A stretch of DNA of 57,046 bases from Moniliella sp. 'wahieum' (Eukaryota). This document shows, one piece after another, positions 10,473-25,454 of the stretch. A program made the translations under genes and the position numbers. Position 1 is the first letter of the stretch, and each line of letters starts with the position of its first letter. The notes under the pieces were generated by a model. The model saw only the letters and a list, made by a program, of their open reading frames with translations, did not search any database and was not told where the DNA came from. The stretch covers positions 124,001 to 181,046 of the forward strand of contig RSEE01000122.1 of the NCBI GenBank assembly GCA_003971905.1, read 5' to 3'.

Positions 10473-12208
10473 CTAGTGGCTCTCAATGGAAATGTTCCTC
10501 GCTGGGATGTCTACCACATGGTTCTCCGTGTCCACACGCGCTACCTCCGGTATGGGAACGGATGGCGGGGGCACCAGAGGGTCCTGAAACCCTGATGGCG
10601 ATCCCCCTGGTTCCTTAACAGGGAGGGCACTACCAAGTAACACACGCAAGACCAAAGGGTCGGTGTCGGCGCAGCGTTTCCTTGTCCCAGCCTTAAGCAT
10701 GGATGCAGTATAGAGCTAGGGTGGAGAGAAGTGGTGGAAGGGCGTCATGCAATGTACCGTTCATAACAGCAGTATATCAAGCTGTGCACCGCACAACTAG
10801 TATTTACCCGGGCTGGGGTTCTCGGTTATGATTGATGGATCAATACGTGGGCGCAGTCGCGGGAGCGGATCCAGATATAGGAGAAAACTACAGGAAGAAA
10901 ATGAGGCAGCGGAACAGAGTAAATCAATAATCGATCCTTGAGTGCTGAGGTTCTAGTTCCAAGCTTCTAACAGCGCGGGGCATACTTGGCGATATGTATG
11001 AACACCACTGAAGGTCAGCTGTGGAGAAGGGGCCATAACAAGGGGTCATCCGGTCGTATTCACGTGTCCGGCCCTTCTCACCGGTGAAGTTGGGTGAAGC
11101 TCTGAACCTTCGCGGTCTATTAAAGGAGACGGTCTGACATCGTGTGGGCGTTTTTGTAGGTGCGCACATATAATACCCTACCCACACGGGATCCCGCACT
11201 AGGGCAGCCGGCGTGGTACAGTGGGAGGAAAGCGTCATGGACACAGCCCCTTGCTGTAACCCTCTGCCGCACTAACCCGGTGTGTGAGGCGCAACTGGTT
11301 ACCCTCCTGTTTTCGCTCTTCCTCGACTAGCTTCTCGCCTGTGCAGCCGTCGGCTGAACCATTGCACACGGGATTCATCCCCTACTCGCGGGTCACATGT
11401 CACAGTCGCTTCCTGGTCCGCATTCTCCGAACTCTGATTAATGATTGCAGCCCGCGCGGCACAGTTCCTTACTACAGTCCGTAGGCCTTAGGCCTTCGGC
11501 CTTATTAGCCTCTGCGAGACCCGATGCGCTTCGGATCGGTGCCACGTCACTCACCGGTACCTTTTTGCCTGATTCGTAGATGTGAACACCAGTTCCTAGA
11601 GTTGCCGCGCGCAGACCACGTGTTCACCTCTGTCCCACTGCCACCACATCTCATCAACCATTAATCATTCCCCTTCCCCTTCTTCCCTGTTACTCGCTGA
11701 TCGTTTGTGGTTTTGAGACTAGGTATCTCCAGGTCAGAACATTCAAGCTTCACGTATCGCGACACAGTATTCACTTTGGGGAGGGGTTCAAATCCACGTT
11801 GGTCGGAACCGATGCAACAGGGGGGGTTATGTAGTCGATCAGGCTAACAGGAGGGGTGGCGTGGATAATAGTAGTGGGGAGGAAGCGACCGTACCCAATA
11901 TCCTTTGGGGGGGGTTCGCGCTTCTGCGGTTATAGGTGTTGCATTCCATTGGCGCAGCTGGAATGCGTTTTTTGCTGTTAATCGCCTCCAGGCTCGAGCC
12001 CACACAAGAACATGATATGAGTGGGAGAGCGAGGAAGAGAGCACTTGATGGCCTGCGAGTCGGAACGGAGTTGGGACGACGACCTCTGGTCGTATAAATG
12101 CAAGCTCAACTCACAAAATGACTGTGATTCACCACCACCACCAACAACAACACCATCAACACCGAGCACTAACACCAACACCACAACCAAAACAAAAGGC
12201 TAGACATC

Positions 12209-15149
12209 ATGTCGACACCTTGCTCGAGCGTGCCCAACGAAGCAGATGAGGAACGGACCCACCCACTTTCCAAAGGCTCGGACCTTCCGTCCACGCCGGA
12301 TGCCATCGACTGTATTCGGCCTCCCACAATTGATAGCATAACACCAACAAACCACGCGACGTACAAGAATACAACCCCGTTTTCGATCACAAACACAGTC
12401 GAGGACAACAATGGGGATGGGATCGAAACAGAGTCGATCTTGGAAAACGCGTTCTATCGCAATGACCGACTGCTGAGTCCACATGATGAACCCTCTGGGA
12501 CACGACCCGCAACGACCGAAAACCGGGGATCAGACCAATGGGGTGAAGAAACCAACAATGGAGATGAAAACGACACAGACGAAGAGAAGGTTCCGGACTT
12601 GGCTGATGTGCGTGTGCGCGCAGTAGTGCCTAACGAAGAAGACCCAGATATGCCATACAACACGATCCGCACCTGGCTGCTTTCCATTCTGCTGGCCCTC
12701 GGCCTCACCACCGCCCTCGTTGCTTTGGAGACCCGAGGATATGTGACCAACCCACAGAACTTTGGGTCTACAAGTGCAGTGTTGGTACAGCCATTCACCT
12801 ACTGTTGGGTTTTGCGCTGTCGAAATACCGTACCGATCGCACTGGCCCCTGGCATGGTTCATCAACCCGGGCCCTTTCAACCTCAAGGAACACACGTGCG
12901 TCCCAAATTCTGGAAAACGTTGAGGTTACAGTGCCGGAGACCTCTGTCTGACAAGTGTGATGATTGTTTCGCGCAGGATCTGCACCATCGTCGCTGCAGT
13001 TGCTATGGGCCCCAATCTGACCCTGCAATACTTGGCCGGAATGTCTTACTCGACGAATCCTTAATTGCCGAATGGTGAAATAAAACAAAAGACCACATTC
13101 CCACCCGGCTTCCTGTTCTCATCTATCTCTCGACCCCATTCTTTGGATTTGCCTTGGCCGGTCTTGCCACACGTCTTCTCATTTGGCCTGGTGAGCTTCT
13201 GTACCCCCAGGAGCTTCAGACCAGTGCAATGTTGACGGCTTTACACGGAGTTCGCCGTGGCAACTGGAACCGTCGCCAGGTCTTCTGGATTGTGGCAACG
13301 GTCATGTTCGTCTGGCAATGGATCCCACAATTCTTCTACCCACCTCTAGGAAAGTTCCAGTGGCCAACATGGATTGCTCCATCCAACTTTGTGGTCAATC
13401 TATTGTTTGATACATCGGGTGGCATGGGCTGGTCTTTTTGGTGCCTAGACTGGACTGCAGTGATCACAGCGTTGAATTCACCCTTGATCGTCCCATGGGG
13501 CGCGCTGGTCAACGTATTTGTGGCTTCGCCGTTGCTATGTGGGTCATTGCCCTGCCGATCTTTTTTACCAACCAGAACCAAGCCGCTTGCATTCCCTACG
13601 CCTTTCTCAGCGTGATTTGGTCCCCACCGTTGCATGCCACCGACATGCATGTCAACCCCTTGCCCCAAGACATGTATCTAGATCCCCCCCAATTTGATTC
13701 GCCCTATCCACCGCAGGGATACTTTTCCGCCACAATGATCATGACTTGGGCGTTCTCCTATGCCGCTTGACCGCATTACTCGTGCACACCCCGCTTTTCC
13801 ATGGCGGCGACCTCCTCCGTTGGTGGAAAGTGCCCAATGTGGCTGATTCGCCTGACCCCCACGCCCGCCAACTCGCCCGCTACCCAGCTGTTCCCACCTG
13901 GTGGTACCTGTGCTTGCTAATGGTTGCCTTTGTCTTTGCCATCCCCATGGTGCACGTGTACCACACCTCGGTCCCGGTTTGGGCGATTGTGCTTGCCCTC
14001 GCGCTGGCTGCAATCTTCATCGTTCCCGTGGGCATTGTGGTGGGCCGGACGTCGGTGGAGCTGAAGTGTGTGGAGCACTTGGCGACGTTGATTGCTAGTG
14101 TTTCTCTGCCTGGGCACACGACCATCCTTCCGCTCTTTCAGATATGCTGCGCGGGGACCATCCAGCAGGCGATGCTCTACTGTGGCTGCTCCAAACTGGC
14201 AGTCTACTTTAAGATCCCGCCACGGATCACCTTCTTTGTACTAGTGGGAACCCAATTGGCCTGCTCAGTGTTGCAAAGTGGAATCTGGGTGGGATGGAGT
14301 TCCGATACGCTGAAGCTCGGCACCCAAGTCCAAATACGGGCTTCAGGGCTGTACGATCCCATGTATTGGACTGGCGTCGGCCTTCACAAGAACGGCTTCC
14401 TGCACCAATACCAGTGGACTCTGTACTTTTTCCTTATTGGTGCAGTCGCGCCACTGCTCTTGTACCTTGCTGGACGCGTGTCCCCCCAGTTGAATCGCTT
14501 TCCTTACCTCCGCTCGATCCATTGGCCGCTCTTCTTTGGTGGTATATCGCAATTCGCACTGTTTGCAGCGGTTTGCTGGACCCTGGTTTTTCTGGGGGGC
14601 TGTCACTCACCTACTGTTTCCCGTCGTAGGCAGTTGAATTATTGGATTGCGTACGCTCACTACTCTCTCTTCCGTTTGTATTGTTCACGGGATGAATGTG
14701 GCTAACTCTCTTTTCGAACAATTCTCTGGACTGGTTGTCGAGACAGGATGAATTACATTCTCTCTGCAGCCGCTGCTGTGGGAAGTTCGCTTTGTGCAGC
14801 CATCGTCGCGGCCATGGAGTATGGTACAGATGGCACTGACACCCGCTTTACCCGCTTCTTCCAACATCTGAACAAGCTTGGCCCCCTGAACGACTACGGC
14901 GATACCTTGGAAAAAATTCTGGTCTGGAACGACACGTTTGCTCCCAATAGATCCCGCCTTGGGACGTGGCCTAGTTTTCCCTTGCAAATCCAGCCGGAGA
15001 CCGTCGGCAGCTCGCAGCGTCAACTACGGAATCCCTTTCCCCTGCCTTTTTTTTCTATCAGCCCATCCAATCGCGATGGATCAGAGTTGACCTCCCATCT
15101 GTCTCTCTGTGTGCGCTCTTCTTTTTGTTGGGCATCCAGGGTCAGTTAG
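12209..15149 (+). CDS. OPT-family oligopeptide transporter
   Basis: EEDPDMPYNTIRTW; NPGPFNLKEH (shifted frame); LIWPGELLYP; DPHARQLARYPAVPTWWY; KLAVYFKIPPR; NYILSAA. Many hydrophobic segments; introns and indels; 3' end approximate. Confidence 0.92.
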
Positions 15150-16147
15150 TGCAAGTACCCAGCCCCTTGCCTCTGCGTTGCCCCGTTTTCGTTTTTTTCG
15201 GAGGGAAAATCGGGGCTCGAACCCAACAGGAACGAGAATCCGTAAACCACGTTTTGGCACTCGTTACGATACCACACGCCCCCGGCCCACTACTTCTTCT
15301 ATCCGGTGAATGTGAGAAACGCCCTGTAACGATGTTGACTGATGTCAAGCAATTAAAGCTCTTTCCTTAGTCAGTACGGACCGCTACATCAAGGAGACGG
15401 AATACCTGGACAGTGTCTCTCATGTACACGACTAGAGCGGTGGTTGTGGGAAACGGGAGAATGTGTTTTTATAGAACTGATGTGTATATCGTTGCCTGCC
15501 ACGGCCCAGGGATTGTAAAGAAATAGTCAAGATACGAGAGCTCCCTATGTGGTGACGCTGACGCTGATACGTACCTTAGACTGCTGCCGTGGCTAAGATG
15601 TTCGGTTCTGGTGGGGGGATTGTGAAGGGTTTGCCGGCTTCCGAGGAGGAGACCTTACCTGCCCCTCGGAGACAAAAGCCTCACGGAGGACTGAACGCGT
15701 TCAGATTCAAGGTCCAAAGAATACAGACGTGAATATGTGGGCGGTTCGCGATTAGTCCGTTGCTATTCGTCGGGCAGACCCATTGGATTCCCGGCGAGCG
15801 CCTTACATCAAGGACGGGATGGATCCGGTGCATCTTTTCTCTGTTGTATTTTTGGGACTCTGTTTATTACGGGTTGCGGCGGACCCGAGATGGTCCGACC
15901 CAAGCTAAAGCACGCCTGCCCCGCACATGCCCAGTAGAGCGTGCTCAGCAGGCCAACCAAGTGTGATGATGGTTGGCTAAGTTAGGTATACCGTGTGGCC
16001 CGAAGGGCCATGCATCCGCGCGACCGTACACAGCGGATCACGAAAAGACATCGTTTATGTTTAAGATAAAATACCTTCAAAATGTCGGAGGAGTAATTTG
16101 CCGTGGGTGAGGCAATTCTGTCAGCGCGCTGCAGGTCAGTTACGTCG

Positions 16148-16240
16148 TCGATGTCACCACCTGAACGTCAGATATGTCCTCGATGTCATCCCTTGAACGT
16201 CAGATATGTCGCCGATCGCCCCCTTGAACGTCAGAAACGC
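16148..16240. repeat. Degenerate tandem repeat, about 32 bp x3
   Basis: GAACGTCAGA core recurs at 16163, 16195 and 16226. Confidence 0.85.
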
Positions 16241-17351
16241 CATTGACGTGCCCATGGGCGACGTATTTGACGATCTGATCCTCCTATGCTCGCTCTCCCT
16301 GGGTTACTATTGGTATTACATTTTATACTATACGAGGAGGACCACAGGGCCTACGGCCCGGTCGGCTGGGGTTCGCCCCAGCTTGGTGCTGCGTCGCCAC
16401 CTTAGCCACCGTAGCCACCGTTCCACGCTGGAAAACAATATCACCGATACTCGCTGGGGCGTGGCTGGGCCCCGGTGGCTACGCGATGCTGATGTAAAAG
16501 TGTGGTGCACCCCGTTTTGAATTTCTGTATGGAGTAGAGACTATTTTATTCTAACACCATCGAATGCAGGCAATCGTCTTCGAGGGTACTTTTTTGCATT
16601 GCGATGGGTCAATACGGACTTGGGGGTTGCCATTGAGAGGTTTGGGAATGTAGAGCCGCCAAATCACTCTTCAGTCTCAGAGTCGTCTGTGCGGTTGTCG
16701 TCCCGCCATCTGTGTCCTCTGCACCAAAGAGATTGACTGCATGCCTTCGATGTCCCGTGCATCCTCCTCGTCTGTTATTTATGCCCGGGTTAGTGCGATG
16801 TGACGGTGGTGGATGAATTGTACACGGGTCGCACGCCAGGCGATACAATTTTCAGGATAACCTTGCGGAAGATGCGTGTCCGCAATGGCCTCCAAATTCT
16901 CCCATGCACTCGTCTAGCCCAGTAGATAGCTTGCGGGGCGATGAGTGAAAAAATTCAGATGTCCTGCTGGACGACAACGGGGTGGGGACGTACTTATGTT
17001 CGGACAAAGACAGTGATGGCACTAAAATGCCACTGCAGCGGTTGCTGCTGTTCAGACTCCGGTTGAGCAAGACGTCCCATTTCTCTCTGGAAGTCAATGC
17101 CGTTCGGTGCGTAGCAACAGAAGCGCTGATGAAACGGGTGAAGTAAGTTATTGTGGCCGTATCGCGAGGAGATTAACGCGTGAAGCGCGGGCCCGTACGT
17201 ACCAGCTTGGCGGCAGTGAGCTCTTGGTAAGAGAGGCTGCGAAAGTAGTCTGGAAGCTTATGACTCACCAAATCAGGCTGATAGGCTGCAGTGTGTGCCT
17301 TCCGTTGTCTCCATCGATACGGTGCATGCTTTCTGGCAATTGGACGACGTT

Positions 17352-17575
17352 TTTGTTAGTAGATGGTTTAGGCGTTTGGGTTAACGCACCTCATTCAAAT
17401 AGCCTTTGTTGAGCGTTACCCGCCTGTGGATCGTTTCGTTGCCTGTTGCGCGGATGCGGTGCATGATCTCCGGGATCTGAACGATGTGTTATTTGTTAGT
17501 AGTTGGTTTAGAGGTTTAGCTCAACGCACCTCATCATTCAAATAGCTTGTGCTGAGCGTTGCCCGCCTCTGGATG
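17352..17575. repeat. Diverged direct repeat, about 80 bp, copies 140 bp apart
   Basis: TTTGTTAGTAG.TGGTTTAG...AACGCACCTCAT...TCAAATAGC...TGAGCGTT.CCCGCCT.TGGAT at about 17352 and about 17492. Confidence 0.85.
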
Positions 17576-18025
17576 ATGGTGGCTATGGCCCTTTGAAGGT
17601 GGATCTAGTGGGCAGGCGCCGAGAGCGGTAGACTCTTGTCCACCATCAGCAAAACGTGCTGTCTGGCGTACATGCTAATGAGTTCGACAATTCTTACCCA
17701 GTGGCACCTCTTTAATTCAGATTTCAATTAAGCACTGAGGCCTGAGGATTACTGATTCTGTTGGTCAGTCAAAATCAGTTCCTATGGATGCATGCGCGGT
17801 CAGGTCATTGTTCCCGTTGATTGAAGTTCAAAATGTTTCAGCTGGTCTAACAATACTTTTACGAGGCACCTAGACAACGACGACAGGCAGTTATTCAATC
17901 ATAGTCTTTGGCCAGAACCGTCTGATAGTACAGGCCACTGGGGATAGACGTAGTCAAGTCAGTTCATGCACTGCATAGCCACTATCACTTCCATGAAGTG
18001 AAAGTCAGTAGAAAAAGTAGAACTA

Positions 18026-19830
18026 TTGTCACTCACTGTTGGATTACCACCCGAGTATAACATGCGATTCATGCACCCAACACATCTTAATCCGAGGATC
18101 ACCTCTTCCACTATCCACAAAACCATCTCCATTGATATCGTAATACTGTCAAGAGACTTCACCGAAGCAATTAGTTCTCTTAAGCCGCAGCTAAAGACCA
18201 CAGGTGTATATCACTCCCCGATCGATTTAACCATGACCCTAACCTCTCGTATTGTCCAATCCCCTGGGACTCTCCAATTTGCAAGGTTTTATTTTCATGC
18301 CGCCGGTTCCGGTAACACAATATCCGTCCTTTTATTGCTCTCCGTCTCACAGCATTCGACACCCAGTTTCTGAGAGTTATCTGGACGAATACGAACCAGT
18401 CGGATATCCGCACGTGTTGGGTTTCATTTGGATACATTAAGCTAGGTGGCAGAGCATCATTCCAAAAGTTGTACACAATGTAGTACTGTTTCGGATGAAC
18501 GTTAATACTTGTGTTCGACCGACCATAGTACGGATATGAAGATTGCCCACCCCAAAATCTCTCAACCGTTCCTTCTATGATGTAATGTATTCGCTTTGAA
18601 ATGCCTTGCATTTTTTTGAGAAGTGAGGGAAACAATGCATGGAAAGTCGCCGTGCTTTGCAGGAATCCGGTGACAGATGCGGGACATAAAGATCGGGAGC
18701 CAATGGGGGCATACGAATGGATAAGGCCCACTCCCTTCATTCATTAGTTTCAAACTCGATCCTCAAGTCAAGCAGGCCATTTTATGCGTTCATTCATTCA
18801 AATAGAAAGCATTCTACAATTACCAGTAACTGCATGTATTATTCGAGTTGGGATCATTTCCGTTGATGATGGGGTGGCAGAATATTTTAAGGCTACGTTT
18901 GCCAGTTTTGTTTGGTTGAGAGTATCACTATGGGGATCAATCGGCAATTGGCACAAAGGTATCCGTCTATTCACAACACTGATTGGAAGTAGTATGGTTC
19001 AAATTGCCAATAGGTAAGTTGTTTCACGGGTATTTCTGAATCATTTTGCTGGCGGACAAATTGTTTACTGAATATAGCCGTTACAATTTAAAGAGGCCTA
19101 AGATTGACTTGTTCGCAGTTCGTGCGGACTGCGGTCATTCATTTCCCTTTGATTGCATAGGATTGTCCGCGTTTCTTCAGGCACGTGAGGCCTTATTGAT
19201 AGGAAACAGAGTGTCGCAGATATTTTGTGATTCGCATTTTCCCGATAGGTCATGCTTTTGATCGACTGGTCGCAACAACCCCATTGCCGCTGTCGCGTTA
19301 ATCAAACTCAAATATGTACCCCGGTAATGGAGGACCAGGCAAGAGTAACCCGATCAAGCAACCTGGAGTTTCGTGTCCTAATCAGGCTCGTTTTTTCGCG
19401 GCTACTTACTACTGTATTCGAGGTTTTACTATAGCGAGGGCGTGACGCGAAACCCTGCACTCCCGTCATATCTTCCTATCGAACCACGTGGGCAAGAAGT
19501 TGGGCCCCCTTACTTGGCTTCTCTAAACCATTAATTAGTAGAGTCTGCGTGATGTTGACCTGACATAAATGCTCGTTAAACCAGTCGTCACTCGTTAGGT
19601 GCCTTTGGAATGAATGCATTCACGCATAGATATGTTAGGTCAGTAATATGGTTTGATCCCAAACTTTTTATACCTCGATTGAAAGAAGGCCATGCTGCCC
19701 GTTGCAAATGCTCGTCCAGTACATGATCGCTGTTGTACTACCGTTTTGTATTCGTTTGTCCACGTCGAAATGGTACCCAATCCAGGTCAACCAAGTATAA
19801 ATGTTTGACCCATTGCTACGAATGATTCGT
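18026..19830. mobile_element. Degenerate LINE-like reverse transcriptase relics (two fragments, opposite orientation)
   Basis: Plus strand ISIDIVILSRDF (YxDD-like) and VGFHLDTLS at about 18415-18440; minus strand TWIGYHFD at about 19767-19790. Both resemble the RT thumb motif WLGxxxD. Stop-rich. Confidence 0.35.
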
Positions 19831-22800
19831 CAGAGATTGATTGCATCAGTGTTATGGCGGGGTACGTCATACAGGTGATGCTATATCATTTGTACCCGAG
19901 GGCACGACAAAAACGCTATTCTTTCGATGATGGTGCCACGGTCAACAGTGGTGGTGTCCGCTCGGTCAAACCCGACATGGTGTACTTCTCAGCATCCATG
20001 AGCCAAAAGGCAAGGGGCTAGGACAAAAAAGGAGGGGTAGTGCTGAAGCGGTGCAGGTTCTTCAGCACCTACGGCAACACTCCTGGCCCAATTTTGATAT
20101 TAGTGAGTGCGTATGTTCGATGATCTGTCCGGCAGCGAGTCATTTCTCAGAGGTCAGAGGGAAGCTACCGCGGTTATCACCAATACGTGTTTGGGCCAAT
20201 AGGTGCGTCCAAGCGGGGATAGGGACATGAAGTGGGCTCTCGACGTGTTGCAGAGGCGACTACTGGCAAGTGTGGCAAGGTATTGGATGCACCAGCTTGG
20301 GCGGTAGTAACATGCCTGGAGCGGTCGGGGCTCAGGGACGGGAAGTGACAGAGGGGGTAAACATAGGGGGATAAACACTGCCAGAGCAGTGGAGCCGTTG
20401 AAACTGGAGGCGGAGTCGCTGGAAGGGGAACCGCGAGCCGGGTGGGCTTGGTTTCGATGTGAAGACTCGAGGAGGGTACACGCGGCTTACTGGGTTGAGA
20501 AACTTGGTGAGAACTGGAGGACGAGGTCGAGGAGCGGATGAGCAACTAATAAGATACTAGGAAGAGTTGCCTGACTGTGGGCTTGATCAATCGACGAGGA
20601 CGGAGAGGAAGACGGAAATGGACTGTGGGAGCTACTGCTTACAGACAGTTACTAAAAGGGAAACAAGGGGAACAGGGAGACCAGGGGGAAGGGTTGCCGC
20701 GCGGACCATCATAGAAAGGCAAGGAAACTGGCACGAGGCGACTATTCTGGCAAAGGAGGGTACTGACAATTGGTTGGCCCCTTTGTGGCTACCGACTCAC
20801 TTAGGCAAGAGGAGACTCTTGTCGACGGATACGTACAGTGGTGATTGCATTGGTGATGGCGCTCCCCACCGCGAACCGGGACCTGATCCGATCTGATCCA
20901 ATGACCAATCTGGGGTCGGGGTTAGAAAGGCGAAGGGAGCGCGTAGGCTCTGCTGGACTTCAATGCCCTCCTGTTTTTTTCCCGTCTTTGCCCGTGACAT
21001 CCGTCACGTTCATCTCACAATTCGCGGCTGTTGCATTAGGACGTCGGCCTGACACGCTTCGAGAGGCCAAAGAGTCTGTGTGAGAATTGGGCATATACAT
21101 GCATGGTGTGTGGGGCAGCGGTGGCTGCAGCGGGGATCGCGCTGCGGGTCGGAGTTATACGTTGATGCTCAGTAAGTAGTAACGCTTCTCGCGCTTTACC
21201 TGTGCGGTCCATAATTCCTTTTCGGAGAGTACCGTCAGAATCGCCAATCGTTCGACTTTGCGGAGTTGTGGAGAGAAACCGCATCAGCGGTGTAACCCGA
21301 CTTTAAAGTGTTGAAAATAAGGTTGAAGGAAGAGTCCAGGAGCAATGTGGCTGGGGCGCGAGCAGATGCTCTCTAGGCTGCATAGTACGCTTTCGAGGCA
21401 GAGAGTCCCGTGGATTATAATTGATTGCAGTGGCGGCTATACCAGTACTATGCGATGGCATTTTACCATATGAATGACGTGGTTTCTAGTGCTTTAAATG
21501 GTGGCTATAATGCGATTTGGCGTCCAACCCAGTCTCTGTGTCTCTTCATGGAGTTTGGGGACGAGGAATTGATCGAACAAAGTTAGAAGGGGGCTATCCC
21601 CCTTGGTCCAGCATGCGGTGCAGGTACTAGGGACGAATGTAAAAAAGGCTACGACTATAGCCGCATCGCGGTGGGCCTTTCGGCTCATACTATACAGGTG
21701 AGAGGATGGGGTTCAATGTTGTTTTTATGTGTTTTTGCAGCGCGCCCATCATATCGAGCTTATCCGCGGCATATACTACTACCACTACATCGTCTCGCTG
21801 CCATCCAAGGTTAAGAGAAGGATCGCGCCGGGAACCCGAACACTTGGTATGCCTGTGGCAATATGGACTTGTCAGTGATGTGGCCTGCTGCCCTGAGTTC
21901 TAGTCATGGAAGCGATCGAGGACCCATTATTTGTTGTGCCTTACTAACACGATGTCCAAACCCTCGTTGGGACGGGTTGCGGTCATAGAGACAAAGTTGT
22001 GGGAATCGTGCTTGCCCCACACGCTCTGGCACATAATGCGAGAGAGCCGACATACCGTCGTGCGAGTAAGGCGATCGGTGGAGTGTGTGTGTCTGGGGTT
22101 GTGTTCCTTGCTTTTCTCTCCGTGGTGCTTAATTGCGCCCGTGAGCAGCTCACGTTTGTCGGAAGGTTGTTGAGGCTGTGGTCCTATACATGGGGTCCAG
22201 ACAGAACACGTGCATTTGAGCTTGAAGTTTAGTAGAGTTCCTTCAATTGAAGTGTGAAGCTAGTTGGTCATGCAACCCCGCCTTTTTGGTTTAAAATTGA
22301 GTCCCACTGGGTGCGGCTGTAATATTAATACTCTGGGCTATAGTGAGTGCTATGAGTCCTGAGATCACGCTGCGGAACAGCGTCAATCATCATGCATCAG
22401 CACAGACTGTGGGGCACGAGCGTCGGGGCCAAGGAGAAAAAGGGCCGAGTCTTGGCATCCAGGGACGGTGTGGAGCGGCTAGGAACAGCTGGGGTGCAAT
22501 TAAACAAACGAGACCCTACTGCGTGTAGAGGAACGATCAATCTTATATCTATCCGTGCGAGGAGCTGCAACAGCGATACTATCCTGGGCGATCTATATAG
22601 AGTTGTCAAACCCACAAATGAAGAGGAACGACAACCGAGGCCAAGGATGCGCCCAATGAGGTTGGTTGGAGACACACCGCTGGATAGAATGCGAGGCTCA
22701 CCCGCTCAGGCCATTGTCCGATTCGGGATGGGGTTAGGGGGTACTACCTAGTGGAGCTTCCGCTTCCCGCTGAAGCTGGTTCCTGATGGACAGACCGCTG

Positions 22801-23011
22801 CACAAGCCACTGGAGTAGTACAACGTGTCAATGTGCAACGAAAAGCCTTTTCCATAAATATAAACAACACCATGCGATGGCCGTGACATCTACTTTTCCC
22901 ACCCCTCCACCCTCCCGTTCCTACACCTCATTCGCCTCCACACAATTCATACCTTCTCCCCTCCTTGAAGCGGTTGATCATTCACTTGCTTACGACCCCT
23001 GAGCCCACACC

Positions 23012-25454
23012 ATGAAGGCCCCGAACATTACCCACCCGTCACGTTTGTTCAGCCAGAAGGAGGACTCGTCTCAGGTGATGACATCGAACGTGAAGTTGCC
23101 TTTGTTCTCCGCCCAAATACCTGGGGCTGTCGGGCCACCGTCGTCTGGCGCCATTGGCCTGGCAGCCGGGGCTGGCTTCCTCATGTTCGGCTACGACCAA
23201 GCGTGATGGTTCCCTTTTACCCTTCCCTCCTTCCGCCACCGTTTCGACTCAATCAACACGACCGAGCACAAGGAGCTGCACTATGCAGTGATGCAGGGCC
23301 GTGCGTATTTCCTCTCCTCTTTCTCTCCATCCTCCATCACATGGCCGCTGATTGGATCGTTTGGAAACAAAAACAGTTACCACTGGGCTGTATGAAATCG
23401 CTGTTTCGTTGGAGCGCTGGCCTGTCTCGTGATCGGAGACCGCATTGGCCGTCGCAAGGTCATCACCTGGGGCGTGGGATCTGATCATAGGCGCCATTCT
23501 CCAGTGCCTTCGTTCAAATTGAGCCAGTTGATTATCGCGCGTGTTTTGACAGGTATCGGCAACGGAATGAAGACAGCCACCATCCCCAATGTACCAGTCG
23601 GAGTGCTCTCCCTCTCATTTGTGTGGTGCCAACTAATCATGATTGAAGGTGCGCTGATTACCGGGGGATCATGCTCAGTACGTTCGCTTCGCCCACTGGC
23701 AACTGCTTGAACCTCATCCGAAGGGTGCTCACCTTCTTCTTTGCTGTGTTTTCTCCATTGTATTCTATTCTAGGCTATTGGATCGACTTCGCCTTTTTCT
23801 GGGTGGAGCGAAAGCACCCAAACAGCCCCCACGTTGATGCGGCATGGCGTGTTCCAATCGCCTTGCAAATTCTGCTGGCGCTTCCGACGCTGTTTCTCAC
23901 CATGTCGCTTTGTGAAAGCCCAGTTTCTGATGCTCAAGAACCAAGGAGGAAGAAACGCGCAAAGTGCTCTCATCTCTCAACGAACTTCCCCCAGATCACC
24001 CGGAGATCACAATGGCCATTGAGGAGATGCGGGAATCGGTGGGGGCGGCCAAATCGTTGACCTGGCGTGAGATCTACTCAAACGGGCCAACGCGGAACCT
24101 ACAGCGTCATCCTTGGGTTCATTAGCCAGTGTTTCCACAGGTGTGTGCCCCTCTTCTTGCATATACTTTCTATTCTTTCCTTCAGCACTCCTCGTGGTGA
24201 AGACTATTATCATAAGCCTTCCGAACTTCTTCTGCGGCACCGTGGAGTCTTGGAGAGCGTGAATCAAGAGATATTTTTTGGTCTCTCCACATCAGAACTG
24301 TTGACTCTGTTTTCTCGTGCAGATTTCCGGGATCAACCTCATCACGTACTACGCTGGAACCATCTTCCAAAACAACCTCGGATTTGGTCCGCTAATGAGC
24401 CGTGTCCTAGCTGCAGCCAACGGCACCGAATACTTTGCTGCCTCTTGGATCGCTTATTACCTTGTCGAACACGTTGGTAGGCGTCCTCTGATGCTGTTTG
24501 GGGCGGCAGGTCAATGTCTCACGATGCTTGTCCTTGCGGTTACCAATGCGCCGAGCGTGACCCACCCTCGTCTGAAGAAGAATGATGTCGTTGGCGGTAC
24601 CAATACGGCCGCTTCTGTGATCGCCACAATCTGCCTCTTCTTATTTAACACTTTCTTTGCCATTGGATGGCTTGGCATGACGTGGCTCACGCCGCAGAAA
24701 TGACGCCGCTTGTGGTGCGGGCGGCCGCAAATGGGTGGGCATCTTTTCCTATGAATAACCAACACATGTGTGCCAGTGGACGTATTGCTGACGATGCCGC
24801 TTTCCCGTTGTTAGGATCTCAACCCTTCCAATTGGATTTGGAATTTCCTCGGTACGTCTCCTTACCTCTTCTGTCGCCCGGGTTTTCCAAGAGGGCAAAT
24901 GCGCTGACATAAATAAACGTTGTACATGCAGTGGTTATGGTGGGTCGCATTGCCAATGATCTCTCAGCACCGGACTAACTCATCTATGCAGGTAACCCCA
25001 ATCAGTTTCGTGCAAATCAAGTACAACGTCAGTATAATTGCCCCCCTCCCCCATTGATGACCTTGTGCACGTCTGACAAACTTTCTCTCTTCACGCTGGT
25101 CGTCGGTCAACCACAGACATACACTGTCTTTGTGTGCTCAATCTTTTCATCTTGGTCTGCACCTATTTCATTTTCCCCGAGACCATGGGCCGAAGTTGGA
25201 GAGATGGATGCGATTTTGCTCAGTCGTCCAAGATCAACCCCTACGACGTGGTGCGTGTAGAGCGTCGCACGCCACGCAAATACGACCGTCATGGCCATCA
25301 CGTTGCCTGCACCAAGATCTGTCATGGAAAGATTCGATCCTCCTGGCGGACGGGTGGTTCAAAGCGAGGACGTTGGTATGAACAGCTGGGCGAATTCGTT
25401 CCTGAAGGAGAAGGCCAGAAGAAAATTGAGCAGATGAGGAGCTTGAAGGGATGA
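23012..25454 (+). CDS. MFS sugar porter, STL1-like (glycerol/sugar:H+ symporter)
   Basis: GFLMFGYDQ; GDRIGRRK; ARVLTGIGNG; AWRVPIALQ; QISGINLITYY; VGRRPLMLFG; FFAIGWLGMTWL; FPETMGRS. Multiple introns and indels. Confidence 0.92.

Noticed and set aside
16148..16240. CRISPR-like array
   Set aside because: Eukaryotic context, contiguous degenerate units without unique spacers, and no cas genes.
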